A DNA stretch of 64,000 nucleotides from Eledone cirrhosa (lineage: Eukaryota): the NCBI GenBank assembly GCA_964016885.1, contig OZ024743.1, forward strand, positions 162,998,001 through 163,062,000, read 5' to 3'. Under the pieces are notes generated by a model, which was not told where the DNA came from, did no database searches, and saw only the letters and a list, made by a program, of their open reading frames with translations. A program made the position numbers and the translations under genes. Positions within the stretch are counted from its first letter, which is position 1; every line of letters starts with the position of its first letter. Shown one piece after another: positions 13,584 through 32,552 of the stretch.

Positions 13584-13621
13584 GTATATATATATGTATT
13601 TATGTGTATGTGTATGTATGG

Positions 13622-15770
<2,149 letters not shown>

Positions 15771-15924
15771 GTGTGTGTGCGTGTGTATGTGTGTGCGTGT
15801 GTGTTTATATACCTTTATATTTATTATTCTTTTTCTCTTTTTCTTCTTCTTCCTCCAGCCTCACTTTCATATTTATTATATTTTTGTTTTGCAAATCCAC
15901 TTTCAATAAATACGCCAGAATTTT

Positions 15925-15982
15925 TTCATTCTGATGACTGAAAGCAAATTTGTTTGCTTTCAAGAAAGCACTGGTAAATGAA
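15925..15982 (+). ncRNA. Type-I hammerhead, family D (copies 45216-45269 -, 46626-46679 + with inactive TG site, 47922-47975 -, 48185-48238 +)
   Basis: ttcatt-CTGATGA-ctgaaagcaaa(tttg)tttgctttcaa-GAAA-gcactgg-TA-aatgaa; other copies have CTGAGGA/CTGAAGA and cca(c/t)tgg. Confidence 0.85.
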
Positions 15983-16008
15983 ATAATTATCTTATGTTGT
16001 TTATTACA

Positions 16009-16099
<91 letters not shown>

Positions 16100-16101
<2 letters not shown>

Positions 16102-16660
16102 GTTATTCCGGGTTGAATCGGAGGTAACCACAGTAAGTAAGGTACTCAATACATAGCAGAGTATAAAAGTTTTAATACAGATGAGATTCTACAGGACTAG
16201 AACTGTTTCATTCATTAGAAATCATCAGGAATCTGGGTATCAAAAAATAAATATGGTATTTATAGGTCTCTACAAGTGGTAGGAGAGGGTGGGGAGTGGG
16301 ATGGGTGCAGGTCATTGGTTGATAGAAAATTCATTAAAAGCTAATTCTACAAAGCTATAGTTTATTTTTATTTATTTATGTTTTTAGAGTAACAAGGGCA
16401 GACAGAATTCTATAAACAGGTTCCGGATGGCATACCATTCCTTGTCATTAAGTTTCTCTTAAGCTAACAGATGTCTATAAAATCAGTGGGGGATCAGTCA
16501 TGGTCGATAGAATTAAAGAAAAGGGAGATTCTTTAAAAGCTAAAATCATTAAGGTTCTACTAAGTGACAAAGGTCTAGAGAATTCTGCAGACAGATTCAA
16601 AATACTGAGTGCATATCTTACTATTATCTTCGAACTTCTCTTAAACTAATCAACTATATG
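16100..16660 (-). mobile_element. PLE 3' terminal segment with hammerhead; abuts (TA)n
   Basis: HHR at 16185-16233; no coding sequence retained. Confidence 0.6.
16185..16233 (-). ncRNA. Type-I hammerhead (related pieces at 21289-21313 + and 24205-24250 - degenerate)
   Basis: gattc-CTGATGA-tttc(taat)gaat-GAAA-cag(ttctagtc)ctg-TA-gaatc. Confidence 0.82.
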
Positions 16661-16844
16661 CCAAAAATCAACAGACACATTCACAAAAAAACAAAAAAAC
16701 ACATACTCACTCACACACTTACGCGCAACCATAAACACACACACAAACACATATACACACATAAAAACACACACACATATATAAAAAAATATATTCATGT
16801 ACACACACATACATACACACATACACATACATACATACATATAT

Positions 16845-16923
<79 letters not shown>

Positions 16924-17015
16924 TATATACACATATATACACACACATATATATATATATATATATACACATACACACACACATACACATACATACACAC
17001 ACACACACATATATA

Positions 17016-17096
<81 letters not shown>

Positions 17097-17303
17097 CATA
17101 TATATATATATACACACATATATACACACACCCACACATATACATATATATATATATATATATACACACATACATACACACACATACACATATATATATG
17201 TGTGTATATACATATATATACACATACACACAAATATATACATATATATATAAAAATATACACACATATACATACATCCACACACACATATATACATATA
17301 TAT

Positions 17304-17360
<57 letters not shown>

Positions 17361-17626
17361 TATATATATATATACACATATATATATATATATATACACA
17401 TACATACACACATACAAACATACATATACACATACATACATATAAACATACATATACACACATATACACGTATGTACATACATATATACATATATATACA
17501 TATATATATATACACATATATATACATATATACACACATACATACATATATTTACACACACATATACATATTATATATACACACAAATACACACACATAC
17601 ACACACACATATATACACATACATAC

Positions 17627-17750
<124 letters not shown>

Positions 17751-17754
17751 CATA

Positions 17755-19119
17755 CATAATATAAGATCAAAAGATGGTTAAAGGAGTTCAATATATTTTA
17801 TTATGCGCATTTCAAAAACAAACATCATCAAACAATAATATTTGTGTTTTCATCAGATAAAACAGGAGAACATGATATGAAGGCTAAAAAAAACACTTGT
17901 TGATAGTGCAGTTTTAAATCAACATATGAAAAGTGGTTTTAGATTGATGTGTGATATTGGGAAAAATATTTTATTTAGAGAGGGGGGGGGAGAGAAAAGG
18001 ATGAAAAGGGAAGGAGATGAGAGGGAGAGATGGGTGATAGAGAGAAAGAGATAGTTTTTATAACAGAGAGGAGATATATTTTATATAGAGGGGTTGAAAA
18101 CCGTTGGAAGATACTGTATAAATTAAAAATTTTGAAAATTAACGAAGGGAGGATATGTGCGAGGAAAAAATATATTATATTTAGGGAGGGGTGGGGGTGG
18201 AAAGGATGAAAAAAAGGGGAGGAGATGAGAGTGAAGGTGGAAAGGGAGAGATGGGTGATAGAGAGAAAGAGATAGTTTTTATGACTGAGAAAAAGATATA
18301 ATGTTTTAATATAGAGAGGTTGGGAACCGTTGGAAGATAATGTATAAATTAAAGGAATTTGAAAATTAACGAAGGGAAATTATGTATGGAGATAGAGAGA
18401 AAAAAATAACGAAGGGAGATTATGTATGGAGATAGAGAGAAAAAAAAATAATAATTGTGGGTGAATATTCAAAAGGAGAAATGTAGGAATTTTAAAATTA
18501 GCAAAGAGAAAAAGTTTATGTATAGGATTTGAGAAAAATAATGTGAAGTTAGAGTTTTTATATTGAATTCATATGTATTAATAATATGTATTTCAAATAC
18601 AAACTTAAAAGAACTAACACTGCTCTCTCAGAACTCATATGGTCCTTAAAAGACAAAAACATTAAATATAACATCTTTTGGAAAAAGATTTCTTCTGCAT
18701 CCTCGTACTTGAACAGTTCTCTATCTAAAATCTGTAATCTCTGCCTAAATGAAAAATTTACCATTATCTCTAACCTAGAATCCATAATAAATAGACGCTC
18801 GGATTTGTTTTCCATCTGCCTGCATAAATTCCATAGAACTTTTCACAAAGTATACGGTTAATATTCAATTCTTTATCAATTTAGAATCTTTTCTCAAAGG
18901 CACATATACATACACCTCTTTAAAATATACCCATCTACCTTACTTTAAAGGGCATTATACACTCTATAGTACTCGTTTACTCATTTACCTCATCCTATCT
19001 TCTCGTAAAACAATAACATTTGTTTTTGACATTTTGAATATTCATCCGCAATCATTATTATTTTTTTTCCCTCTATCATAAATCTTTTTAATCTCAATTT
19101 CATCCTTAATTTATTATTA

Positions 19120-19159
<40 letters not shown>

Positions 19160-20225
19160 CTCATATATTCTTTAAAATATACCCATCTACCTTACTTTAA
19201 AGGGCATTATACACTCTATAATACCCGTTTACTCATCACCCTCATTATATCTCCTCGTAAAACAATAACATTTGTTTTTGACATTTTGAGTATTCATCCG
19301 CAATCATTATTATTTTTTCTCTCTATCATAAATCTTTTTAATCTCAATTTCATCCTTAATTCATTATTATTTTTTTCTCCCCATCAACGAACTCATTATT
19401 AATACATATGAATTCAATATAAAAACTCTAACTTCACATTATTTTTCTCAAATCCTATACATAAACTTTTTCTCTTTGCTAATTTTAAAATTCCTACATT
19501 TCTCCTTTTGAATATTCACCCACAATTATTATTTTTTTTTTTTTTTCTCTCTATCTCCATACATAATCTCCCTTCGTTATTTTTTTCTCTCTATCTCCAT
19601 ACATAATTTCCCTTCGTTAATTTTCAAATTCCTTTAATTTATACATTATCTTCCAACGGTTCCCAACCTCTCTATATTAAAACATTATATCTTTTTCTCA
19701 GTCATAAAAACTATCTCTTTCTCTCTATCACCCATCTCTCCCTTTCCACCTTCACTCTCATCTCCTCCCCTTTTTTTCATCCTTTCCACCCCCACCCCTC
19801 CCTAAATATAATATATTTTTTCCTCGCACATATCCTCCCTTCGTTAATTTTCAAAATTTTTAATTTATACAGTATCTTCCAACGGTTTTCAACCCCTCTA
19901 TATAAAATATATCTCCTCTCTGTTATAAAAACTATCTCTTTCTCTCTATCACCCATCTCTCCCTCTCATCTCCTTCCCTTTTCATCCTTTTCTCTCCCCC
20001 CCTCTCTAAATAAAATATTTTTCCCAATATCACACATCAATCTAAAACCACTTTTCATATGTTGATTTAAAACTGCACTATCAACAAGTGTTTTTTTTAG
20101 CCTTCATATCATGTTCTCCTGTTTTATCTGATGAAAACACAAATATTATTGTTTGATGATGTTTGTTTTTGAAATGCGCATAATAAAATATATTGAACTC
20201 CTTTAACCATCTTTTGATCTTATAT
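17755..20225. mobile_element. PLE family E fold-back insertion: left arm 17755-18583 (-) is an inverted copy of 19395-20225 (+); GIY-YIG tail 18586-18861 (+); internal tandem duplication ~18915-19375
   Basis: ~830-bp near-identical arms; TALSELIWSLKD...ICNLCLNEK...ICLHK. Confidence 0.9.
20122..20188 (+). ncRNA. Type-I hammerhead with 36-nt stem II, family E (inverted copy 17796-17862)
   Basis: ttttat-CTGATGA-(aaacacaaatattatt/gatgatgtttgttttt)-GAAA-tgcgca-TA-ataaaa. Confidence 0.85.
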
Positions 20226-20304
20226 TATGCATACTCCAGTCCCACAAACTGTAGAGTGCTTCTTATCCGATATCTGCATTGCTTTATTGTACTACAATAA
20301 AACT

Positions 20305-21725
<1,421 letters not shown>

Positions 21726-21727
21726 AC

Positions 21728-23270
21728 ACGTTCTGACATCGGCTCTATCAGTAAGAAGATCCTGGATAGAGTTCTACCATCATTGCGGGCAGCCTCACCA
21801 CTTCCACTCTGGAGTAGAACATCTGAGGCAATATCATGGTTCCAAGAATTACCCGATAAACACCACACTCGCTTCCTGCAACTCGACATAGAAAACTACT
21901 ATGCCTCTATCTCGGAGCCCCTCCTGAAGGACGCAATTAACTTTGCCAGGAATTTTACCACCATCACCGATGCTGAGCAAGTTATTATCCTCCACGCTCG
22001 TAAGACCTTTCTATACCACGATGGATCTTACTGGATCAACAAGAAATCTCAGACCCCATTTGACGTTAGCATGGGGGCGAGTGACTCGGCTGAAATTAGC
22101 GACCTTGTGGGCCTGTACATCCTACATAACCTGAAGAACCTCTTTACCGGCCTAACGGGAGGTTTATACCGAGACGACGGCCTCTTCGCCCTGCATAAGG
22201 TTAGCCCCAGAACCACCGATGGGTTTCGGAAAAACTTAAGCTCTTTCTTCTCTAATCTAGGATTTAGTATAACTATAGATTCTAATTTGACTAGGGCCAA
22301 CTTCTTAGATGTCACTCTCGACCTAGATACTTCCCTCTATTACCCGTACCACAAACCTAACGAGTCCCTTAAATATATTAATGTTAATTCAAACCACCCC
22401 CAAAACATCACTGATAACCTAGTAAAAAGCGTCTCTATTAGAATATCTGGCCTCTCCGCCAACAAAGATATTTTTAATGCATCTGCCTCCTACTACAATG
22501 ACGCCCTAGCCCGTAGCGGATTTAAAGATAAGATAACTTACCTAGAAACCACCGCAAGATTGCAGAGGAGGAATAGACATAGGCAGATTAGCTGGTACAA
22601 CCCTCCCTTCAATAGAGAGGTATCTACTCCGATAGCTAGGATCTTCTTCACTTTACTGAAATTACACTTCCCCATACAACATAGGTACTACACCATCTTT
22701 AATAAGAACACTATAAGACTGTCTTACTCCACCACACCTAACCTAGCTAGGAATATAGCCAACCACAATTCTAAACTAAATAAGCCAACCACCTCCGAAA
22801 CCAATCCCCGGACTGGGGCTCTATGTAATTGCCTAAATAAGGAAGCATGCACACTTGAAAACAAATGCCTCACAAATGACATCGTATACAAATGCGATGT
22901 CATCTCAGGCACCGAGGATTGCAAAAAAACTTACATCGGCATGACCTCCAACAACTTTAAGACCCGTTGGTATGCCCATACCCACTCCTTCAGAAGACCG
23001 GATAAATCAAATCAGACAACACTCGCCTCCTACGTTTGGGACCTCAAAAGGAACTCCACCTCCTTCACGCTTAATTGGAAAATACTCCAGAAAGCGCGCT
23101 CTTACAACGGAGGACACAAGGGCTGCGACCTTTGTATTTCAGAGAGCTACGAAATTTTATTCGCCAAGGGCCCGCTACTGAACAAACTCTCTGAACACTG
23201 CCCGAACTGCATGCACAAGAACTTTGCAACTTTCAAACACTTTAAGCCAGTGTTAAAGCCCGATGGCTAA
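21728..23270 (+). CDS. PLE family G polyprotein (YRDD RT + GIY-YIG), 5'-truncated but otherwise open; 3' UTR extends to ~24140
   Basis: [80 protein letters not shown]. Confidence 0.9.
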
Positions 23271-24861
23271 AAACGACCTCCCCCTATTGGCCCCTATACC
23301 TCCTCCCCACCCTACCCCCACCCCTCCTCAACCTGAAATACGGCCACTATGGTTATGTGAGTACCTCTTTCGTATCTACATTTTCTGCCTGTAGAGGTGT
23401 CTTTATGTGCCTGCGTATATGCGTATATTTATTGAGTACCTATTTATTTGTATGTGTATCTGTTAGAACACGAAAAGTGTGAAACAACAGAATGTTCACT
23501 TTTCGTGTTCTAACATATATGCCTAGCTTCTTTAAAAAATTTTCGGGGATAGCCGTGGTGGTGGTGATCGTATGTCATTGGCTAATTTTCAACCAATCAG
23601 AGTACCTCTCTCTATATCTCTTCCACTGTTACTTACGCCTGTTTCTCTCTATCTGTTCCGTCTCTATATATATCTCTTACTCTTTCGCTTTGCACTCCTC
23701 CCCTTCAATACCATCTCTCCCCCTCTCTATATATTTGTTACTCTATCGCTGCACGCTCCTCTCCTTCAATATATCAATTACACACGCTTTACACTCCTTT
23801 ATCCCCAGCGCCCCTATATATACACCCCCCTCTCCCGCATCTATATTTTAATGTACCGTTGCACCGTGAATATATGTGTCTATATATATATACATATATA
23901 TTGTATATACACATTCATGTATGTGTATACACACTCATGTATGTATATACACTGGTTTTATGTGTGTATTGTAAATTTGTACTGTTAAAACACGAAACTA
24001 ACATTCGATTGACACTTTGACTACCTGTACAGGCAATAGTTATTAGAATGCTGTTGAAGTGTGTATATATTTTTGGGGGACATCCTGTATATACACACAT
24101 TATATATAATACAATAAACAGATAAATACACACATATATATATGAGCTTATTTAATTATAAATATTGTGAATTTTTAACTCAGTTCAATTATATATATAA
24201 ATGGCTTCTACAGGACTAGAACTGTTTTATTCGAAAGAAATCATCATAATATTGAGAGGGGGGACTAGATAAAATATTTCAAATCAAATGTGTATAAGTT
24301 ATAAGTTAAAATGTATAAATAGAGACGATAGTGGAGGTATATCTGTTTAGTGGAACAGTAGACGATAGAATTAAATACAGACGATAATCTCCCTTTAATG
24401 AAACAGCAGACGATAGAATTAAGGCAATTTAAATTTTAAGCATTTGCATTTTTGCCTTTCATCGTTACGGGGTCGATAAAATAAAGTACCAGTAATACAC
24501 TGTCACTAGACGACTTTCAAATTGAATTGTTGGTTCCATTTCTTTAGTATTTTCAATTGTAGTTATCTACTTAAAAAGCGTTACACGGTTAGAGACATAA
24601 TTCGTAAGTTATATCTTCCCTATTAAACCATTGCATTATTTCGCCTACAATAGAACAAAAATGAAATGTTCTTTAAAGAAACAGGAATATAACTTTATAA
24701 AAAAAAAAGTTGCATCCGCTTCTTTTATCATTGATAATTTTTTCGTTTTAATATTAATTGTTTTTTGTAGTTGTTTATATTAAAAATCTTACTGTAATAT
24801 TTACTTAAACGAAGGCAAACATCTAAACTTATAGATAAATCTCTCTCTCTCTCTCTCTCCC

Positions 24862-24892
<31 letters not shown>

Positions 24893-25284
24893 AACGAAGA
24901 ATGATAAAATTTCAAGCAAAGAGTTTAATTAGGTATATTTTGTAATATTATTAACTAATTATTATAATTAACGCGCATATTTTGCTATCCTCAAACACGT
25001 TTACACATGGCATGAAATATAACTAATCCGAGATGGCTAGGTTTCATCTTCTAACTGGATATACGAAATCCATTGTCTTGACAACAACATGAGGTAACAT
25101 TATGTTATTCACAGACACACTTTGTACACTGTTCCATATCAGAATGTATTTCCTTCGTCACATTCACAAACAGTATTGAAAATATGTTCTTCGGCAAATA
25201 AAAATGTTTTGTTCATAATATTTCAAATAGCGATTGCTCTACTCCACGCACGACCACCATAAATTAATGACCAGCTCAACACAA

Positions 25285-25456
25285 GTATTGGTAGAGCGTC
25301 AGACACCATGCTTTGCAGTATTGTTATGGTCCTTTGCATTCTAAGTTCAAATCCTGCCGAGGTTAACTTCGACTTTCATACTTACTAATTCGATAAAATA
25401 AAGTACCAGTAATGGACTGCCGTAATGGATTTGTGCCGAAAAATAGAAACACTATT
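25285..25456 (+). mobile_element. tRNA-derived SINE, diverged (fragment also at ~24430-24510)
   Basis: B box gttcaaatcc and body gccgaggttaact...cgataaaataaagtaccagtaat shared with 48851-49011. Confidence 0.7.
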
Positions 25457-26007
25457 AATGTGCAATAAGAGCAAAATATAACGACATTGCTCAATTATTT
25501 TATCTAATGTTGTAATAACACAAGGAAATGTTGTTTGTGTATTTTTTTTTATATTTGCTCATAGGCTTTTACAATTTCGCTCAGCCAACAACTATTAAAA
25601 AGTGAGTTGCTTAAGATAACAATTTAATCACAAATTGTTGCTATCTTTTAATACACTCCAACAAGTCATCAAATTATGTACAATAAAAACAAATCTTATT
25701 AATTTGCTCAGGGAATATAAAGAAAATGTATATACACTGATAATTGCAATTGTATGTAAATATTTTGTTTTTGTATTGTATATTTTATGTTTTCTATTAT
25801 GTATAATATATTGATTTAATATTGATTGTTTTTTGTAGTTGTTTATATTAAAAGTCTGAAAATATTTTTATACATCTTACACTAATATTTATAAGATAAT
25901 TTATAATAACAATTACATAATCTAATTACATTACAACGATAATTTATTATTAATATATATCCTGTTTAACTAGAGTTATTACAAGCGTTGCCTTAAAAAA
26001 ATATTAA

Positions 26008-26964
26008 ACTAGACATGAAAAATGCGCAAGCTCAAAAGTGCCACAGAATGTTATAATAAACCTTCAAAAGTGTGGGACTAGAGTTGTTGCTAAAAAATAT
26101 TGTAATCATTATATATCGTACATTCTGTGGCATCCTTTATAAAAATAGCTTAAACCAACGAAGCCTTTATTTTTACGCTATTTCACTTAGTTAATTCTTA
26201 GAGTGTAACATATAAAAATAAATACATCTATGTTTAATGTAATAACAGCTATAAATAATTACGTAATATTATTATCATATACTCATAGTAACAAAATAAT
26301 TGTGTTGAAACTTAATATGATGCATATATGAACGATCACATCTATAATGATAATTTCTTAAATATACTAATAGTAAAATAATTTAGTTATCTATTGTTAC
26401 ATTTTCATAGAACTATAATATTAACAATCGTATTGCATTATCAAATTTTTATCACTACAAACTTTCATATTGGAATTACCTTAAGCCACTTATTATTACT
26501 TCGCTTTCGTACTTTTACAGCTGTAGATATTGCGCTGTATCTTATATCTAATATCAATATCTCGTGGTAATTTGCATGAAGTGTAAAATAGGTTTATTAA
26601 TAACTTTAATATGAAATGTATTATACAGGGCTGCGGAGTCGGCCAAAAATTGACTGGCTCCAACTCAGGATCCGATACTCCATTATTTCCTAAATTTCAG
26701 CTCCGCAGCTCTGTTATTATATTAATTAATTTATTTTATAGTTGTAAATCATATTTTTATATGTTACACTCTAAGAATTAACTAAGTGAAATAGCGTAAA
26801 AATAAAGGCTTCGTTGATTTAAGCTATTTTTATAAAGGATGCCACAGAATGTACGATATATAATGATTACAATATTTTTTAGCAACAACTCTAGTCCCAC
26901 ACTTTTGAAGGTTTATTATAACATTCTGTGGCACTTTTGAGCTTGCGCATTTTTCATGTCTAGT
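26008..26964. repeat. ~212-bp inverted repeat (26008-26220 / 26752-26964)
   Basis: Arms near-identical (one substitution seen); each arm holds an internal IR tgccacagaatgt/acattctgtggca. Confidence 0.9.
26626..26713. mobile_element. Short hAT-like MITE
   Basis: TIR cagggctgcggag / ctccgcagctctg; 8-bp flanks gtattata / ttattata (7/8 TSD). Confidence 0.7.
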
Positions 26965-26991
26965 ATATTTGTTTGTATGTGTGTATATGCA

Positions 26992-27069
<78 letters not shown>

Positions 27070-27349
27070 TGTGTGTATATGTGTTTTATGTGTGTATATT
27101 TATGTATGTATATGTATGTATATGTGTGTATATATATGTATATATATATATATATATATGTGTATATATGTGTATGTATGTATGTATGTATGTATGTATG
27201 TATGTATGTATGTATGTGTATGTATGTATGTATGTTTATGTATGTATGTGTGTATGTATATGTATGTGTATGTGTATGTATATATATATATATATATATG
27301 TATATGTATATATATATGTATGTGTATGTATATGTATATATATATATAT

Positions 27350-27417
<68 letters not shown>

Positions 27418-27555
27418 AGTGTAATTTTCTACACAAAACGAAGGTTATAGAGAAAATTGGGGTTGGTAATGGCACATGGAATATATAAGAGACAGAATAC
27501 TTTTTTGTGAAAAAACATAATTTTATAAGGTAAGGAAATAATAAAGGGTATAAAA

Positions 27556-27599
27556 AATGACCGGTTTCGATGGGTCTGCAAAAGCCATCTTTTCAAATG
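27556..27599 (-). ncRNA. Degenerate hammerhead in a short insertion (27413-27630)
   Basis: TTGAAAA-gatgg..ccatc-GAAA-ccgg-TC; first core box doubly mutated. Confidence 0.5.
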
Positions 27600-27697
27600 T
27601 TGATTAATATTAAGAAAAATTAATAATACGATATATATATATATATATGTGTATGTGTGTGTGTGTATGTATGTATGTGTGTGCGTGTGTGTGTGTG

Positions 27698-27758
<61 letters not shown>

Positions 27759-27813
27759 GTGTGGGCAGGTGTGTGTAGATATATATATATATGTTTGTGT
27801 GTGTGTGTATTTG

Positions 27814-27912
<99 letters not shown>

Positions 27913-27923
27913 ATGTGTGTATA

Positions 27924-27958
<35 letters not shown>

Positions 27959-28004
27959 GTCTGTGTATATGTATGTGTGTATATATGTATGTGTGTGTAT
28001 GTGT

Positions 28005-28089
<85 letters not shown>

Positions 28090-28213
28090 CGTGAGAGAGA
28101 GAGTGTGTATATATATTTGTGTGTGTGTGTGTGTATGTGTGTATGCGCGTGTGTGTGTATATATATATATATACACATGTCGTATCTATTTATTTATAAG
28201 ACTGTTTATATTG

Positions 28214-28279
28214 TATTTTGTCTGAAGAAGGCATAACATATTGTTAATATGATATCCCTGAAATATATATAACGAAATA
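28214..28279 (+). ncRNA. Type-I hammerhead of unit F (inverted copy 20734-20799)
   Basis: tattttgt-CTGAAGA-aggcataacatatt(gtt)aatatgatatccct-GAAA-tatata-TA-acgaaata. Confidence 0.85.
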
Positions 28280-28525
28280 AATATGGTTTTATAAATATAG
28301 TTTCCATTTATTTAATATCATAAATATACTCCAAATACTTGTTGAGTGCTTTTATATCAGTTATAAATATTTACTCGTTGTTAACCCAACAATTTAAATA
28401 TAACTTTCCATATATATATATATATATATATGTATATGTGTGTGTATTGATGCGTTATATGTCTTTATATATATGTGTATATTTATGTATAGGTCTGTGT
28501 ATGTATGTGTATGTTTGTATATGTA

Positions 28526-28564
<39 letters not shown>

Positions 28565-28675
28565 GTGTGTGTATAGATATTTATACATATGCATGTGTAT
28601 GTTTGTGTGTGTGTGTGTGTATATATATGTGTGTATATATTTGTGTGTGCGTGTATATATATGTGTGTGTATTTG

Positions 28676-28775
<100 letters not shown>

Positions 28776-29008
28776 TGTGTATGTATGTATGTGTATATAT
28801 GTGTGTGTGTATGTGTGTGTATTTGTGTGTATATATAATATGTATATGTGTGTGTAAATATATGTATGTATGTGTGTATATATATGTGTATATATATATA
28901 TATGTATATATATGTATATATGTATGTACATACGTGTATATATGTGTGTATATGTATGTTTATATGTATGTATGTGTATATGTATGTTTGTATGTGTGTA
29001 TGTATGTG

Positions 29009-29099
<91 letters not shown>

Positions 29100-29280
29100 A
29101 TATATATGTATATATGTGTGTGTGTATGTATGTATATGTGTGTATATTTTTATATATATATGTATATATTTGTGTGTATGTGTATATATATGTATATACA
29201 CACATATATATATGTGTATGTGTGTGTATGTATGTGTGTATATATATATATATGTATATGTGTGGGTGTGTGTATATATG

Positions 29281-29382
<102 letters not shown>

Positions 29383-30404
29383 TAAACAAATAATGAATAA
29401 ACAATTCCTTATATTAAACAAAAAAAGTTCATTATTTAACGATCGTTTCTAGGATATATATGTGTTAGAATTGGTATGCATATTCAACAGATCTATGTAC
29501 AAAATTATACAAAATTATACAAATTATCAAGATTAAATATACATACCAAACACATATATACGCCGTCTTCAGAAATAATGAAGTATATTTATTGATAATA
29601 ACAACAATTCAAAATTTCAGTTCAAAATTGACCAATGAAAACACAAAGGGTTAAATGCAGTTCGGTGTGTGTATATACATGTAAAACCCTTACACATATT
29701 TTACAAAAATGTATGTATAATTTGTATACGCATACTAAAAGGATGGATGCAAATACAAAATTTCAAGGTTAATGTCTCTGTAAGCTTACAATGCGCAGAT
29801 AAGATGCGCATTGATACTTATGAAATCAAGTATATAAATATATTTTTTCATACTCACACATATCAGTACAATCACACATACACGCGCGTATATGCATAAA
29901 TATACACATAACCACGAACATACAAACACACACACACCCCCACTCACATTTATATATGTGGATATAAAATCATAAGCACATGGATATTAATTCACTCACA
30001 TAAAACACTGGCACACACATTTTTAGATCAAGATACAGAAATTAGGTGGGAGGGGGGGGAAGGGTCAGTATTCAATTGTCTGAGCAGACTGCCTAATATA
30101 AATGTATCTATAAATTAAGAAAAATAAAAAATAAAAAAAATAAAACAATAAAATATAATAAATATAATATAATATACATACACATACAGATATATAGACA
30201 TACATACATGTACACACACATAGAAATATTTACGCATACACACATACCCACATACATATACAGTCATACACACACATACACTTACACGAACATACACATA
30301 CACATATATAAAGATATATATATACACACACACACACGCAACACATACACACATACACATATATATAAAAAATAAATAATAAAGATATATACCTATATAT
30401 ATAT

Positions 30405-30449
<45 letters not shown>

Positions 30450-30873
30450 CATACACATACATCTAAATATACATACACATACATACACACATACATGTAC
30501 ATACATGTACATACACATACGCACATCGATATACATATATATATATACACATATATATATATATATATACACACACATAGACATATAGATACATACACAC
30601 ACAACTTACATACACACATATATATATACATGTATATTCATACATAGAATTAGATATATAATCATACATATATATGCACTTACTTATACTCATATATACA
30701 AATACATACGCATCCATATATGCGTATATACATAAAAAACCACTACAACCTCACCTAACTCAGACATACAAATAAAAATAATAATAAAAAGGCATATGTA
30801 TATACATACACACACGCATTAATAGAGATATATATATACACACATACATACACATATATATATATATATATAT

Positions 30874-30916
<43 letters not shown>

Positions 30917-31177
30917 TACACTCATACATATATATATACACATATATACACATAGATATCCACACACTCATACCACCATAAATACGCATACAAACACCCA
31001 CATATACATATATATACACACGTACATATATATATATATATATACACACACATAAAAAACAGACATGCACATATATATATATATTTTTTTACACTTATAT
31101 ATACACATATTATATACACATACACAACCTCACTTATACACACATACACATAAGTTATATTATAATAATAAAGAATA

Positions 31178-31222
<45 letters not shown>

Positions 31223-31312
31223 CATACATACATACATATACATACATACATATAAACATATACATACATAAATACACACATACGAATAAAGACATATATT
31301 CACACATAGACA

Positions 31313-31383
<71 letters not shown>

Positions 31384-32507
31384 TTACATATACACAGACA
31401 CATATACACACTCACATATATATGTGTGTGTGTGCACACACACATATATACACACACACACACAAATACACATAAACACATACATATGCATACATGCACA
31501 CACACACACATATATATCACATAGATACGAAGATAAACATATAAATAGAGAGACATACATATATATACACAACACACATACACACACATACATACACACG
31601 CATATACATATACATATATATATATACATATATATATTCCTATATATACATGCATACACATACATACACATATATACACATACATACACATATACGTACA
31701 CACATTCACATACACATACATATATAATGCATATATACACATATATACATACATATACACACTCATATATACACACGCAATCTTACATTCATATTTGCAT
31801 GCGCATATATGTATTTTTATATTTAGATATAAATACCCAAACCTATATAGAAACCTACCTACATATATATTCATACATAGACGCTTACAAATACAGATGA
31901 TAATAGTATGGGGGAAAGGGGGGGTTTGGAGAAGGGGATCAAAGTAAATATATGTTTCAAGAAACTTAGAATATTTTCCGTATCTTTATCCAATGTATGT
32001 TCTTACATATTTTCAGTGTTAGGAAATACGACAAACAAGAACTAAGGCAAAATCTATGCATCTCAAAATAAATAAGTATACCATTAATCATATGTTAACT
32101 AAACCAAAGATAGTCAACATATTGATTTCTAAGGTGTAAATTAGTTAGGTTTATAATATTTGAAGCAGAATTTTGAAGTTAAACAGTAGTAGATTATTAA
32201 TTACAGTATAACTAAATTAAAGTTAATAACGTTATGGTATCAATATTAGGAAATGAATTTAGTAATAGGGAAAAAAAAACCCAAATAAAAATAAAATAAA
32301 GTATTACATCGGTAGTAGAATATAAATTATATGTTAACTAAATTAAAAATTATATATTTATTTCAATAGTATATGTTAATTAGGTATACAATACATAAAG
32401 CAGGTATTGTATTTCATCAATAGCATAATATAATTATATGCAAATAGAAATCAAAATTAATACGCATACATATACATATACATACACATACATATATACA
32501 TACATAT

Positions 32508-32552
<45 letters not shown>

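Noticed and set aside
24900-25280. Possible host exon in the less repetitive stretch
   Set aside because: No sustained frame, recognisable motif or convincing splice pair
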